A stretch of DNA of 52,159 nucleotides from Candidatus Parcubacteria bacterium. GTDB lineage: Bacteria > Patescibacteriota > Minisyncoccia > Phycocordibacterales > UBA2100. The position numbers and the translations under genes were made by a program. This document shows positions 9,656 to 19,678 of the stretch, piece after piece; within the stretch, counting starts at the first letter, position 1; every line of letters begins with the position of its first letter. The stretch lies in contig QZIY01000020.1 of the NCBI GenBank assembly GCA_003599175.1, positions 1 to 52,159 of the forward strand. Reading direction: 5' to 3'. The notes under the pieces are model-generated. The model did not search any database and was not told the origin of the DNA. It saw only the letters and a program-made list of their open reading frames with translations.

Positions 9656-10481
9656 GCTCGACAAGACGAGAGTGCTGACCATCGGATCTTCCGGATTAAT
9701 AGGTTCGTATATCGACTTTGGTCTGCGGCCACATCGTGCTGAACTCGATGTGCTCGATCAGGTGGCACTCATGGCATTTGTACGTGCGGAGAAACCGCAT
9801 ACAATCATTCATCTTGCGGGAGCGACCGATACTCGCGCGTGCGAGCAGGATCCGGCAAAAGCGTATATGCGAAACGCAGTCAGTGCATATTATGTGGCGC
9901 TCGCCGCCAATGCGGTTGATGCCAAAGCCGTGTATGTCTCAACGTCACGCGTGTTTAACGGCAAAAAAAAGACGTCATATACGGAAGATGACATGCCGGA
10001 CCCACAAAGTATCTACGGACATTCCAAATATCTCGGCGAATCGGCGTTTCGCGCCGTTGCAAAAAAATACCTTGTTGCCCGCACGTGTTGGGTGTTTGGC
10101 GGAGGACCTAAGCGCGATTCAAAGTTTTATGGTTCGATTATTCGCGCGCTCAAGCAAGACCAGCGCGTGAGTGCGATCGATGATGTATATGGATCGCCAA
10201 CATACGCAAAAGATTTTATCGCGGCGCTCATGGATGCTATCGATTCCGGTGTGTCTGGTGTTGTTCACATCGGCAACACCGGCATAGCGAGCAGATATGA
10301 GAGTGCACTACTCGTCGCGCAGCGCCTCAAAAAGCCAGAGCTTGTCGAAAAACGGATGTACAGCGATACTCAAGGATATGACCTGCTGCCCGAGAACGAA
10401 TCGATCGTATCGGCACGCGTATCACTGCGGACTTGGCATGAGGCGCTCGCATCCTATTTGAAAGATGAATGGAGCATATGA
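9648..10481 (+). CDS. rmlD: dTDP-4-keto-sugar reductase (RmlD family)
   Basis: GSSGLIG, YGHSKYLGE, GSPTY. Divergent (STSRVF in place of STDYVF). Confidence 0.8.
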   Translation: MDKLDKTRVLTIGSSGLIGSYIDFGLRPHRAELDVLDQVALMAFVRAEKPHTIIHLAGATDTRACEQDPAKAYMRNAVSAYYVALAANAVDAKAVYVSTSRVFNGKKKTSYTEDDMPDPQSIYGHSKYLGESAFRAVAKKYLVARTCWVFGGGPKRDSKFYGSIIRALKQDQRVSAIDDVYGSPTYAKDFIAALMDAIDSGVSGVVHIGNTGIASRYESALLVAQRLKKPELVEKRMYSDTQGYDLLPENESIVSARVSLRTWHEALASYLKDEWSI

Positions 10482-11704
10482 GCGTTATACACAAAACCAC
10501 CTGCCGTATTTGCAAAGGGCCTGACCTCGTCAAAATCCTTGCGCTCGGTGACCATCCACCTGTCGACAATTTTCTCAGCGAGAAAGACATTGCGCGGGAA
10601 AAAAGGTACCCGCTTGATGTCTTTTTTTGCCGCGCCTGTAACCTGGTACAGCTTCTCGACGTGGTTTCCCCAGAAGAGCTCTTTCATGGCGATTATGCGT
10701 ACTTTTCATCCGCTTCCGAACCGCTAGTGCGGCATTTCGAACAGTATGCGAGTGATTTGAGGCAACGATTTTTGTCAGACGGTGACCTCGTTGTTGATAT
10801 AGGCAGTAATGATGGCGTTCTCCTTCAATTCCTTAAAGATTATCAGGTGCTCGGCATAGAGCCATCTGAAAATGTCGCACGGGCCGCGCGAGAGAAGGGC
10901 ATCGAAACGCTCGTTGCATTTTTCAACAGCTCGCTCGCGGATACGATCATTGCCTCTCACGGAAAGGCAAAAGTAATTACGGCGAACAATGTATTTGCAC
11001 ATATTGATGACATTGATGAAATTATTCGGGGGGTTCGCATACTTCTTGCCGACGACGGCGTCTATGCGTTTGAAGCGCATTATCTTCTTGATCTCATACA
11101 GAAGAAAGAATTTGACACGGTGTACCATGAGCATTTGTGCTATTACAGCGTGAAGCCACTCATCGAACTCTTTCGACGCTTTGAGATGGATATTTTTGAT
11201 GTCGAACGGCAGGAAACGCATGGCGGCTCGATTCGCGTGTATGCGGGAAAGAAAGGCGCACACTCGATCGAGCCTTCAGTCCAAACGCTCCTGCAGCTCG
11301 AAAAAGATGCCGGACTTCACGACGAACAAACATTCGCGGGATTCCAAAAGGAGGTGGAGTCGATTCGCGCAAAATTGCTCGAGGTCGTGCGCGAAGCACG
11401 TACAGAAGGTAAGAAAGTCATCGGTTACGGAGCGCCAGCAAAAGGGAATACACTCCTCAATTATTGTGGTTTTACAGCCGATGACATCGCATACATCACC
11501 GACACAACGCCGCACAAGATCGGCCTCCTCACGCCCGGCAGCCACATCCCCGTCGTCTCTCCCGATATCCTCAAGACAGAAACCCCCACGCTGATACTGC
11601 TTCTCGCCTGGAACTACAAAGACTACATTCTTGAAAAAGAGGCGGATGTGCGCAAACGCGGCGCACGCTTTATTATTCCCATACCGCGAGTTGAAATCGT
11701 ATGA
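10478..11704 (+). CDS. NDP-hexose C3-methyltransferase (Zn-binding, SAM-dependent)
   Basis: CRIC...CRAC Zn site, DIGSNDG, YHEHLCY, THGGSIR, YGAPAKGNTLLNY. Confidence 0.9.
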   Translation: MSVIHKTTCRICKGPDLVKILALGDHPPVDNFLSEKDIAREKRYPLDVFFCRACNLVQLLDVVSPEELFHGDYAYFSSASEPLVRHFEQYASDLRQRFLSDGDLVVDIGSNDGVLLQFLKDYQVLGIEPSENVARAAREKGIETLVAFFNSSLADTIIASHGKAKVITANNVFAHIDDIDEIIRGVRILLADDGVYAFEAHYLLDLIQKKEFDTVYHEHLCYYSVKPLIELFRRFEMDIFDVERQETHGGSIRVYAGKKGAHSIEPSVQTLLQLEKDAGLHDEQTFAGFQKEVESIRAKLLEVVREARTEGKKVIGYGAPAKGNTLLNYCGFTADDIAYITDTTPHKIGLLTPGSHIPVVSPDILKTETPTLILLLAWNYKDYILEKEADVRKRGARFIIPIPRVEIV

Positions 11705-12435
11705 GCCTCAAGGATGATATTTTGAAATGCGTCGAACAGTCCGGGGCCACGATAGATCCGCTCATTGTACGCGCCGCAGAGCACGTTGAGGAGATGGCAG
11801 AAGGGGAGCATGACATTGATACGGTGCTCTCATGGCTTGCCGAAAAGCAGCGCGACTACCCCGCGCAAGTTGAAGAGGTTGGTGTGCGTGATTTGTCGTC
11901 ATGGAATGTCGATGAGAAGAGCGGCAATATCACGCACACATCCGGAAAATTTTTCTCGATCATCGGCGTACGCGTTAAAGGGGCGGGCGAGCGCGAAGTT
12001 GCTTCCTGGGATCAGCCCATGATGAAGCAGACTGAATGCAGTATTTCTGGCGTTATCGCGAAGCGCTTTGATGGCATACGAAAGTACCTTTTTTATGCCA
12101 AATTTGAGCCGGGTAATGTGAACCGTGTACAGCTCTCTCCTGCGCTCCAAGTGACGGAGAGCAACCTCGGGCGTGCGCATCAGGGAAAAAAACCGCGACT
12201 CGCTGAATACTTTGAAGGAGAGAAAGGGAAACTACTGACGAGTGTCGTTGATGTCGAAGACGGCGGACGCTTTTTTCAAAAGACAAATCGCACTATGATC
12301 GTCGAGGTCGCCGACAATGAGGATGTGCCGATGACCGATGATTACATCTGGCTTACGCTTCCGCAAATTCGACGGCTTCTTTTGGTCGACAACGTGATCA
12401 ATTCGCTCGCACGTGATGTGTGCGCCGTACTCTAA
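11701..12435 (+). CDS. NDP-hexose 2,3-dehydratase (single-repeat form)
   Basis: HTSGKFFSIIG, WDQPM, EPGN, QLSPALQ, EDGGRFFQKTNR, NSLAR. Confidence 0.88.
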   Translation: MSLKDDILKCVEQSGATIDPLIVRAAEHVEEMAEGEHDIDTVLSWLAEKQRDYPAQVEEVGVRDLSSWNVDEKSGNITHTSGKFFSIIGVRVKGAGEREVASWDQPMMKQTECSISGVIAKRFDGIRKYLFYAKFEPGNVNRVQLSPALQVTESNLGRAHQGKKPRLAEYFEGEKGKLLTSVVDVEDGGRFFQKTNRTMIVEVADNEDVPMTDDYIWLTLPQIRRLLLVDNVINSLARDVCAVL

Positions 12436-12438
12436 GCT

Positions 12439-13434
12439 ATGAAATTGCGAATCGGTATTCTCGGGTGTGCGAATATTGCAGCTAAATATGCGATACCCGC
12501 GTTTCAAGAAGTTGAAATCGCTGAACTTGTTGCGATTGCGAGCCGTGATGAGGATAAGGCGAAGACATGGGGAGCGCAGTATGGTCTTGAGGTGGAAAAC
12601 TATGAATCACTGATTGCGCGCGAGGACATTGATGTCATATATAGTCCGCTCCCGATTGGACTTCAGGAGGAGTGGGGCACAAGAGTGTTGAGTGTCGGTA
12701 AACATCTCATCTGCGAAAAATCGATCACGTACAGTCTCGATTCGGCGAAGCGTATGGTGGATTGCGCAAAGAGGAATGGTGTGGCGCTCTATGAAAATTT
12801 TGTCCCAGAATTCCATCCGCAACACGTGCGCATACAAGAACTCATCACTGATGGTGCGATCGGCAAACCGCACATATTTCAAGGATGGTATGGTTTCCCC
12901 CCATTTCCAGCCGAAGATATTCGCTACCGCGTGGATCTGAAAGGCGGTGCACTGAATGATGCCGGTTGCTACACTGTTTTCATGGCTCGTAAAATGCTCG
13001 CACAAGAGCCAATTGCGGTTACATGCAGACTTGCAGCCAATGGACACGAGGTGGACGTAGAAGGGTCTGCACTGCTTGAGTTTCCAAATGCAACCGCACA
13101 GCTTTCGTTTGGGTTCAATAATTTGTATCAAAACACCTACTCAATATGGGGTGAAAAAGGCCTCATCCGAACGGGGCGAGCCTACGCGCTACCGCCTACA
13201 CTCAAGCCGCCCGTTGAGCTCATTACGAACGATGGCAGTGCATCAAAGACGGACGTTGTAGACGTGCCCTCTGCAAATCAATTTGCGCTCAGTTTTGATT
13301 ATTTTTGCTGTGCGGTTTTGAATGACGATACACGTGCAAAGGACACAATGGCACAACGAATCTTGCAGCAGGCCCGCGTGCTCGAAGCGATGCGCATTTC
13401 GGCACGAGATCACCGTCGGGTTGAGCTTCTGTAG
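12439..13434 (+). CDS. Gfo/Idh/MocA oxidoreductase (probable NDP-hexose 3-ketoreductase)
   Basis: GILGCANIA, HLICEKS, GGALNDAGCY. Adjacent to the 2,3-dehydratase. Confidence 0.85.
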   Translation: MKLRIGILGCANIAAKYAIPAFQEVEIAELVAIASRDEDKAKTWGAQYGLEVENYESLIAREDIDVIYSPLPIGLQEEWGTRVLSVGKHLICEKSITYSLDSAKRMVDCAKRNGVALYENFVPEFHPQHVRIQELITDGAIGKPHIFQGWYGFPPFPAEDIRYRVDLKGGALNDAGCYTVFMARKMLAQEPIAVTCRLAANGHEVDVEGSALLEFPNATAQLSFGFNNLYQNTYSIWGEKGLIRTGRAYALPPTLKPPVELITNDGSASKTDVVDVPSANQFALSFDYFCCAVLNDDTRAKDTMAQRILQQARVLEAMRISARDHRRVELL

Positions 13435-13439
13435 CACAT

Positions 13440-14594
13440 ATGGCAATGCAAAGAAAACTGCGGATCGCACTCATTTACAGCGGGCGCTTTCCTGGTGAAA
13501 AGGCGGGAGCGCTTTTTGCCGCTAAAAGTGCGGAGGCGTTTGCAGAGCAGGGTGTCGAGGTGACACTCATTGTACCGAAGCGGCGCGATAGCATGAAGCA
13601 GACACCACAGCAGGTATGGGGCGTACCTGATTCCTTTGCCGTGCGTTTGTTGCCCGTCGTGAACCTCTTTCCCGTACGCTTCTTTGCACCAATTGCTTTT
13701 TTTGTAGCGCTCATCACGTATGTGCCGGTCGTTTTTCTCTATCTTCTCTTCAGCAGGCGTTCATTCGATCTCATCTACTCAAACGAGGCATACCCTTTGC
13801 TTGCGGCATCATTCCTTGCTCCATGTGTGTATGAACTCCACGATTTTCCACGACGAACGCTCTTTCTCTATCGCATCCTGTTCCGTCGCTTGCTGCTTAT
13901 CGTATCGACCAATGAATGGAAAAAACAACAACTCATCGAACGCTTTGGCGTCCCTGCGGAGCGCATCCTTGTTGAGCGCAATGCCGTCGATCTTGCCATA
14001 AATGATGTATCAAAAGAGACGGCGCGCACTCACCTCGGTCTGGAGGGTGATAGGTTCTATGTTGTATACACGGGCCAACTCTATAGCTGGAAAGGTACCG
14101 ACACACTGGCCGCGACCGCGACATTTCTTCCGAATGCGGTCATCGTGTTTGTGGGTGGCTTGGGACATGACCTTGAACGCTTCAAGGCACGGTGGGGACA
14201 GCAAAAAAATATTCGCATTGTTGGGCAGGTACCGCATGGCGAAGTTGTCTATTGGCAAAAGGCGGCCGACGTGCTTGTTATTCCGAATACGGCAAAAGAA
14301 GCTATTTCCGAGTTTTATACATCGCCAATGAAACTGTTCGAGTACATGGCTGCTGAGCGGCCGATTATTGCTTCTGACATTCCTTCCATCCGCGAGGTCT
14401 TGGGAGACGAGATGGCATACTTTGCAGAGCCCGATAATGCGAGTTCGTTTGCTTCGGCGATCACCGGAGCACTCGATAACCCGATGGGAGCGATAAAAAA
14501 AGCACGCTTAGCACGCGCGAATGTAGTGGCACATACCTGGCAAAAACGCTCTGCGCGTATTCTGGATGCTATACGATATGCTACAGACGGGTAA
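13440..14594 (+). CDS. Glycosyltransferase family 4
   Basis: YTGQLYSWKG and SPMKLFEYMA. Confidence 0.9.
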   Translation: MAMQRKLRIALIYSGRFPGEKAGALFAAKSAEAFAEQGVEVTLIVPKRRDSMKQTPQQVWGVPDSFAVRLLPVVNLFPVRFFAPIAFFVALITYVPVVFLYLLFSRRSFDLIYSNEAYPLLAASFLAPCVYELHDFPRRTLFLYRILFRRLLLIVSTNEWKKQQLIERFGVPAERILVERNAVDLAINDVSKETARTHLGLEGDRFYVVYTGQLYSWKGTDTLAATATFLPNAVIVFVGGLGHDLERFKARWGQQKNIRIVGQVPHGEVVYWQKAADVLVIPNTAKEAISEFYTSPMKLFEYMAAERPIIASDIPSIREVLGDEMAYFAEPDNASSFASAITGALDNPMGAIKKARLARANVVAHTWQKRSARILDAIRYATDG

Positions 14595-14630
14595 TTTCTC
14601 AAAGTTGTTAGCCGTGCTATGTTGCGAGAC

Positions 14631-15824
14631 ATGAAATCACAGGCTTCCCGGCGCCGTGTATCCGCACAAAAGCCATACCTTACCTTTGGCGCGCCCGATA
14701 TTGGAAAAGAAGAAATAGGTGCCGTTACGTCTGTCTTGCGATCTAGCTGGCTTGGCACGGGCCCAAAGACACATGATTTCGAGCATCTCGTCGGTAAGTA
14801 TACGGGGGCACAAGCTGCTTGCGCGCTCAATTCCGCAACCGCGGCTCTCCACCTTTCACTCGTCGGCCTTGGTATCGGAGCAGGCGATGAGGTGATTACG
14901 ACACCGCTTACCTTCTGTGCGAGCGCAAATGCGATCATCCATGCAGGAGCGACCCCGGTTTTCGTCGATGTCGAACGCGACTCCATGAACATCGATCCTA
15001 CAAAAATCGAGAAAGCGATCACGAAGAAAACCAAGGCGATATTGCCCGTCCATATGGCGGGGCGTCCCTGCAACATGGAGGCGATCAAGAAACTTGCCAG
15101 GAAGCACAAACTCTTCGTCATTGAAGATGCGGCGCATGCGCTTGGCGCTTCATACAAGGGCAAGAAGATCGGATCTCTCAGCGATGCGACCTGCTTTAGT
15201 TTTTATGTCACCAAAAATATTATCACTGGTGAAGGAGGCATGATTACAACCAATGATAAGCAATTTGCGGATCGCGTGCGCATTTTGTCGCTTCACGGCA
15301 TGTCGAAAGACGCTTGGAAGCGTTACAGTGCATCTGGCTACTCACACTATGAAGTTGTCGTACCCGGATTCAAATACAACCTCACCGATCTTGCTTCGGC
15401 AATCGGTATCGAACAAATGAAAAAGATCTCGCGATTCAACGCACGGCGGAAAAAGATTTGGGACATCTACTCCAAGGCATTTAAAGATTTGCCGGTGGTG
15501 CTCCCTGCGCCGATTCCCGCTGACATCGAGCATGCGCGACATCTCTATACGCTCTTGATCGATGAAAAGACCACGGGCCTTTCACGCGACGCCTTCATGC
15601 AGGCCTTGCATGAACGTGGAGTGGGGAGTGGTGTGCACTTCCGACCGGTTCATCTGCATGCATACTACCGCGAGCACTTCGGCTACAAAGAGGGTGATTT
15701 TCCACATGCGGAGTATATTGGCGAGCGAACCGTCTCCATTCCGTTTTCTTCTGCGCTTACCGACAGAGAAGTCTCGCGCGTGATCAAAGCAGTTCGAGAG
15801 GTTATCGAAGAACACCATGGCTAA
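14631..15824 (+). CDS. DegT/DnrJ/EryC1/StrS sugar aminotransferase
   Basis: NSATAALHL, EDAAHALG, SFYVTKNIITGEGG (PLP lysine). Start placed 7 nt after TATGTT. Confidence 0.92.
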   Translation: MKSQASRRRVSAQKPYLTFGAPDIGKEEIGAVTSVLRSSWLGTGPKTHDFEHLVGKYTGAQAACALNSATAALHLSLVGLGIGAGDEVITTPLTFCASANAIIHAGATPVFVDVERDSMNIDPTKIEKAITKKTKAILPVHMAGRPCNMEAIKKLARKHKLFVIEDAAHALGASYKGKKIGSLSDATCFSFYVTKNIITGEGGMITTNDKQFADRVRILSLHGMSKDAWKRYSASGYSHYEVVVPGFKYNLTDLASAIGIEQMKKISRFNARRKKIWDIYSKAFKDLPVVLPAPIPADIEHARHLYTLLIDEKTTGLSRDAFMQALHERGVGSGVHFRPVHLHAYYREHFGYKEGDFPHAEYIGERTVSIPFSSALTDREVSRVIKAVREVIEEHHG

Positions 15825-16578
15825 CACGTACGCACTGAGTGGGAAACATATTCTTATTACGGGTGCCAACGGCCAACTTGGCAGTGGCCTCGCTGCTCGT
15901 TTTACACAAGAAGGCGCCATCGTGCATGTGTCCGATATACAGGAGATAATCACGCCAGATCTTGCAAAGGCACTCACTGCTCTCGGTGCCTCCTTCACCT
16001 ATCACAAGCTCGACATCTCCAAGGAATCCGATATCAAAAAAGTTGTCGACGAACTCCCGGCACTGAACGTACTCGTCAACAATGCGGGCATTGCCGTGTT
16101 CACACCTTTTGAAGAACGCACGCCGGAGGAACTTGATGCGGTGATGGATGTAAATATAAAAGGCACCATTCTTACGGCCAAAATATGTGCGGCGAAGATG
16201 ACGGGAAAAGACGGGAAAATTATCAATATCGGATCAATCTATGGCGTCGTGCCGGGTGACAAGCGCATCTATGGCGACTCGGGCCGCAACACCTCAGAAA
16301 TTTACGCTGCGACGAAGGCGGGTGTGATTCATCTCACCAAATACCTGGCTGCCTATCTTGCCGACAAGGGTATTACCGTCAATGCGGTTTCGCCGGGCGG
16401 CATTTTCAGTAATCAAAAAGATTTTTTTGTCGCCGAATACACCAACAAAACACCCCTCAAGCGGATGGCATCGGTCGACGATATCGCAAACGCCGTACTC
16501 TTTCTCGCCTCGAGTGATGCCGGCTATATCACCGGTCAAAACCTTGTTGTCGACGGCGGCTTTTCACTCAATCAATAG
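15817..16578 (+). CDS. SDR oxidoreductase (PtmA-like)
   Basis: TGANGQLG, NNAG, GSIYG, YAATK, VNAVSPGG. Confidence 0.85.
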   Translation: MANTYALSGKHILITGANGQLGSGLAARFTQEGAIVHVSDIQEIITPDLAKALTALGASFTYHKLDISKESDIKKVVDELPALNVLVNNAGIAVFTPFEERTPEELDAVMDVNIKGTILTAKICAAKMTGKDGKIINIGSIYGVVPGDKRIYGDSGRNTSEIYAATKAGVIHLTKYLAAYLADKGITVNAVSPGGIFSNQKDFFVAEYTNKTPLKRMASVDDIANAVLFLASSDAGYITGQNLVVDGGFSLNQ

Positions 16579-16579
16579 T

Positions 16580-17407
16580 ATGTCGCTCGCAACACTCGGG
16601 ATCGGAAAAGGAAAAACATTTATCATCGCCGAAGTCGGTATCAATCACAATGGAGATTTCAAAAAAGCGGTCAAGCTGATCGACGAAGCGAAAAAAGCAG
16701 GCGCGGACGCGGTGAAGTTTCAGACCTATGTCACCGAAAAACGTGTTCCAAAAGATAGTCCAATCTACGGCATTTTGAAGCAATGCGAACTCTCGCAGGA
16801 GGATCAACGAAGGCTCAAAATACATGCGGATAAAAAAGGAATCCTCTTCTTCTCGACTCCCTTTGATGAAGAGAGCGTCACCTTTCTCAAAGATCTCAAT
16901 GTGCCGCTTCTCAAGATTGCGTCCTTTGATATCGTAAATCACAAGCTTCTTCGCGCGTGCGCGAAAACTAAGATCCCGATGATTATCTCGCGCGGCATGG
17001 CCTCACAATCGGAAATCGCTACTGCTGCCTCAATCTGCAAAAAGGTGGGCACCGAATTCGCGCTCTTGCACTGCGTTTCTGCCTATCCGGCACCCAAAAC
17101 ATCGGTGAATCTTCGCGCGATCGACGCTCTCAAAGCACAATACAAAGTCCCCGTCGGCTTTTCTGATCACACACTCGACATTGATGCATGCGTCTATGCG
17201 GTTGCCCGCGGCGCAGAGGTTTTGGAAAAGCACTTCACGCTTAATCGCAGAATGAAAGGGCCTGACCACCGGCTCTCGGCAGATCCGAAGATGCTCGCGC
17301 AGTTGGTGCAGCGTGTCCGAGAAGTAGAGGGGATGTTGGGCCGAGGTAAACTCGTGTCACTCCCTGTGGAGGCCGGTACTCGACAATATCGCCGCAAGAG
17401 TGTATGA
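16580..17407 (+). CDS. neuB: NeuB-family nonulosonic acid synthase lacking the C-terminal SAF domain
   Basis: IAEVGINHNG, AVKFQTY, STPFD, KIASFD, HCVSAYP, GFSDHT, EKHFT. Only 275 aa. Confidence 0.88.
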   Translation: MSLATLGIGKGKTFIIAEVGINHNGDFKKAVKLIDEAKKAGADAVKFQTYVTEKRVPKDSPIYGILKQCELSQEDQRRLKIHADKKGILFFSTPFDEESVTFLKDLNVPLLKIASFDIVNHKLLRACAKTKIPMIISRGMASQSEIATAASICKKVGTEFALLHCVSAYPAPKTSVNLRAIDALKAQYKVPVGFSDHTLDIDACVYAVARGAEVLEKHFTLNRRMKGPDHRLSADPKMLAQLVQRVREVEGMLGRGKLVSLPVEAGTRQYRRKSV

Positions 17408-18180
17408 AGTTTCAAATCGCGACGCCGCTCTCGACGATTTTTCAGAAGGCTTCTGTCGAAGAAAAAGATCGCATCATCGAACTCTCTGATGTTTTTGAAT
17501 ATCGTCACGGCATCGAAAGCGGTGTCGCTTCTGACAAGCCCCGCATCTATCACGCCGAGGAGAGCATCGTCGATCCCTGGAGTGATGCGGAGCTTGCAGA
17601 AATGAGCGACCGATTTTCGCGGGAGCACATCAAGTTCGTGACCTTCCACGTACCCACCTGCTACACGAAACCACCGATCAAGGATGGCTCGTACGTGCTA
17701 GGCGGTCGCGCGATGAGCGCAGATGAAATGCGAGCGAACGCGAAACAGAATGTGGAGCGCATGCGATCTGTCGGCGCACGCATCCCGATGGGCGCCGAGA
17801 ACAACAATTACTTCCCGACCGGCGCGTATGAAATCGTGACAGAGCCAGAATTTCTGACTGCCATCATGGAAGACAGCGGTTTCTCCTGGCTCCTCGATAT
17901 TGCACATGCGGAAATTACGGCGAAGCACACCAACGTGTCATTAGACGAGTATCTTTCAAAAATCGGTCTTGAACGCGTGGTACAGCTTCACTTGAGCGGC
18001 ATTACACGTACGCCGGAAGGGTATAAAGATTCGCATGGTCCCATGGCGGCGATCGACTGGGAGAACTTCGAGAAAATCGCAAAACAGTGCCACAACTTAC
18101 AGTATGTTACTCTCGAATACTACAAAGAACCAAGCGTCTTATTGCCGATGCTGGAGCGTCTCCATACGTATCAATCATGA
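17404..18180 (+). CDS. TIM-barrel metalloenzyme, DUF692/xylose-isomerase-like
   Basis: Ordered putative metal ligands FH, AENN, LLDIAH, LHLSG, DSH, TLEY. Confidence 0.6.
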   Translation: MKFQIATPLSTIFQKASVEEKDRIIELSDVFEYRHGIESGVASDKPRIYHAEESIVDPWSDAELAEMSDRFSREHIKFVTFHVPTCYTKPPIKDGSYVLGGRAMSADEMRANAKQNVERMRSVGARIPMGAENNNYFPTGAYEIVTEPEFLTAIMEDSGFSWLLDIAHAEITAKHTNVSLDEYLSKIGLERVVQLHLSGITRTPEGYKDSHGPMAAIDWENFEKIAKQCHNLQYVTLEYYKEPSVLLPMLERLHTYQS

Positions 18181-18905
18181 AAAAGCAATCGATCATCGAG
18201 TATCTTCCGTGGGACAGCGATTTCTTCAAGAAAAAAATCGCACGACTTTCACGCACATCGATAACCAAGCGACACATGAAGGAAGCAATCGCTGCAGCAA
18301 AAAAAGGAAACATCGAATGTCTCTACGCAACACTTGAAGCTGATGATCAGCGACATATCGAACTCGCAGAACAAAACGGTTTAGCACTTGTGGGGACGCG
18401 GGTAACGTACGCCTTCTCTGGTAAACTTCCCACCGCCAAATCTTCCGATGTCAGCATACGCGAGGGAACGGATGCCGATCGAGAAGATCTCTTGCGCCTC
18501 GCGGCGATCTTGAGTAGGGAAAGCCGCTTCGCGCGCGATCCGCACTTCGGTGCGACTGTTGCGAAGCGCTTGTATCGCACATGGATCGAAAAGCTTCTCT
18601 TTGATTCGTCGCCGCGCACAAGCGTACTCGTCGCCACGGTGAAAGGAAAGTTCGCCGGATTCATCGCCTCAAGCGTCCATGATGGCATGGCACATATCGA
18701 ACTTATCATCGTCGACGGCGCCTTTCGTGGCAAAGGAATCGGGAAACTCCTCATCGCTCAGAGCACCGCCCTGTATCGAAAACAAGGATTCACACAGATG
18801 CGCGTCTCCACCCAAGGCAGTAACATCGCAGCGCAGTCGCTCTACCAGTCGTGCGGTTTCCGTATCGCACGGATGGCGCTCGATTATCATAAGTGGTTCG
18901 TATGA
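18177..18905 (+). CDS. GNAT acetyltransferase (WecD/RffC-like)
   Basis: LPWDSDFF N-terminus, SRFARD, RGKGIG, TQGSNIAAQSLYQSCGF. Confidence 0.85.
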   Translation: MKKQSIIEYLPWDSDFFKKKIARLSRTSITKRHMKEAIAAAKKGNIECLYATLEADDQRHIELAEQNGLALVGTRVTYAFSGKLPTAKSSDVSIREGTDADREDLLRLAAILSRESRFARDPHFGATVAKRLYRTWIEKLLFDSSPRTSVLVATVKGKFAGFIASSVHDGMAHIELIIVDGAFRGKGIGKLLIAQSTALYRKQGFTQMRVSTQGSNIAAQSLYQSCGFRIARMALDYHKWFV

Positions 18906-19672
18906 GCACTATGGCGATCGTTCAGGCGCGCATGCAATCATCCCGTCTGCCAGGGAAGATTTTGTTACCACTTTCAGAAGAAAAAACGACACTCGAGTGC
19001 ATGCTCGATCGCGTGAAGCAGAGCGAGGAAATAGACCAGGTGGTCGTTGCCGTGAGCGATACTGAGGCAGATGCGCCGCTCCACCGCTTCCTCGAAAGAA
19101 TCGGACAGCCCTATGCTGTCGGAAGTGAAAACGATGTTTTGGACCGCTACTGGAGCGCAGCGAAAAAGTTTGCACATGTGGGAAGCACAATTGTGCGCCT
19201 TACATCGGATTGTCCGGTCATTGACCCCAAGGTTATCGACCGCGTGATTCGTTTCTACCAAGAAGGCCATTATGACTTTGTATCAAATTCGCTTGAACCC
19301 TATTCCTGGCCCGATGGTATGGATACCGAAGTATTTTCCTGCGAGCTTCTTGAACGTGCGGCAAAGGAAGCGACAAAGCCCTCGCATCGCGAGCATGTCA
19401 CGTTTTATTTCTGGCAGAACCCTGGCCTCTTCAAGATCGGCTACTTCAAAAACAGCTCCAACCAGTCCTCCTATCGGCTCACGCTTGATTACCCCGGGGA
19501 TTACGAAGTCTTGCGACGTATCCACAAGCATTTTGCTCCGCGTACCGATTTCACCGTTGCGGAGATTATTTCCTTTCTCGATGCCAATCCGGACGTTCGC
19601 GAGATGAATAGTGAGGCGGTCCGCAACGCTGGCTGGCAGAGCGCGCTCAAAAAAGATAGTATCCAAAAATAA
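18902..19672 (+). CDS. spsF: SpsF-like cytidylyltransferase
   Basis: QARMQSSRLPGK, GSENDVLDRY, VRLTSDCP, HREHVT, RLTLDY. Confidence 0.85.
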   Translation: MSTMAIVQARMQSSRLPGKILLPLSEEKTTLECMLDRVKQSEEIDQVVVAVSDTEADAPLHRFLERIGQPYAVGSENDVLDRYWSAAKKFAHVGSTIVRLTSDCPVIDPKVIDRVIRFYQEGHYDFVSNSLEPYSWPDGMDTEVFSCELLERAAKEATKPSHREHVTFYFWQNPGLFKIGYFKNSSNQSSYRLTLDYPGDYEVLRRIHKHFAPRTDFTVAEIISFLDANPDVREMNSEAVRNAGWQSALKKDSIQK

Positions 19673-19678
19673 GCGTCT

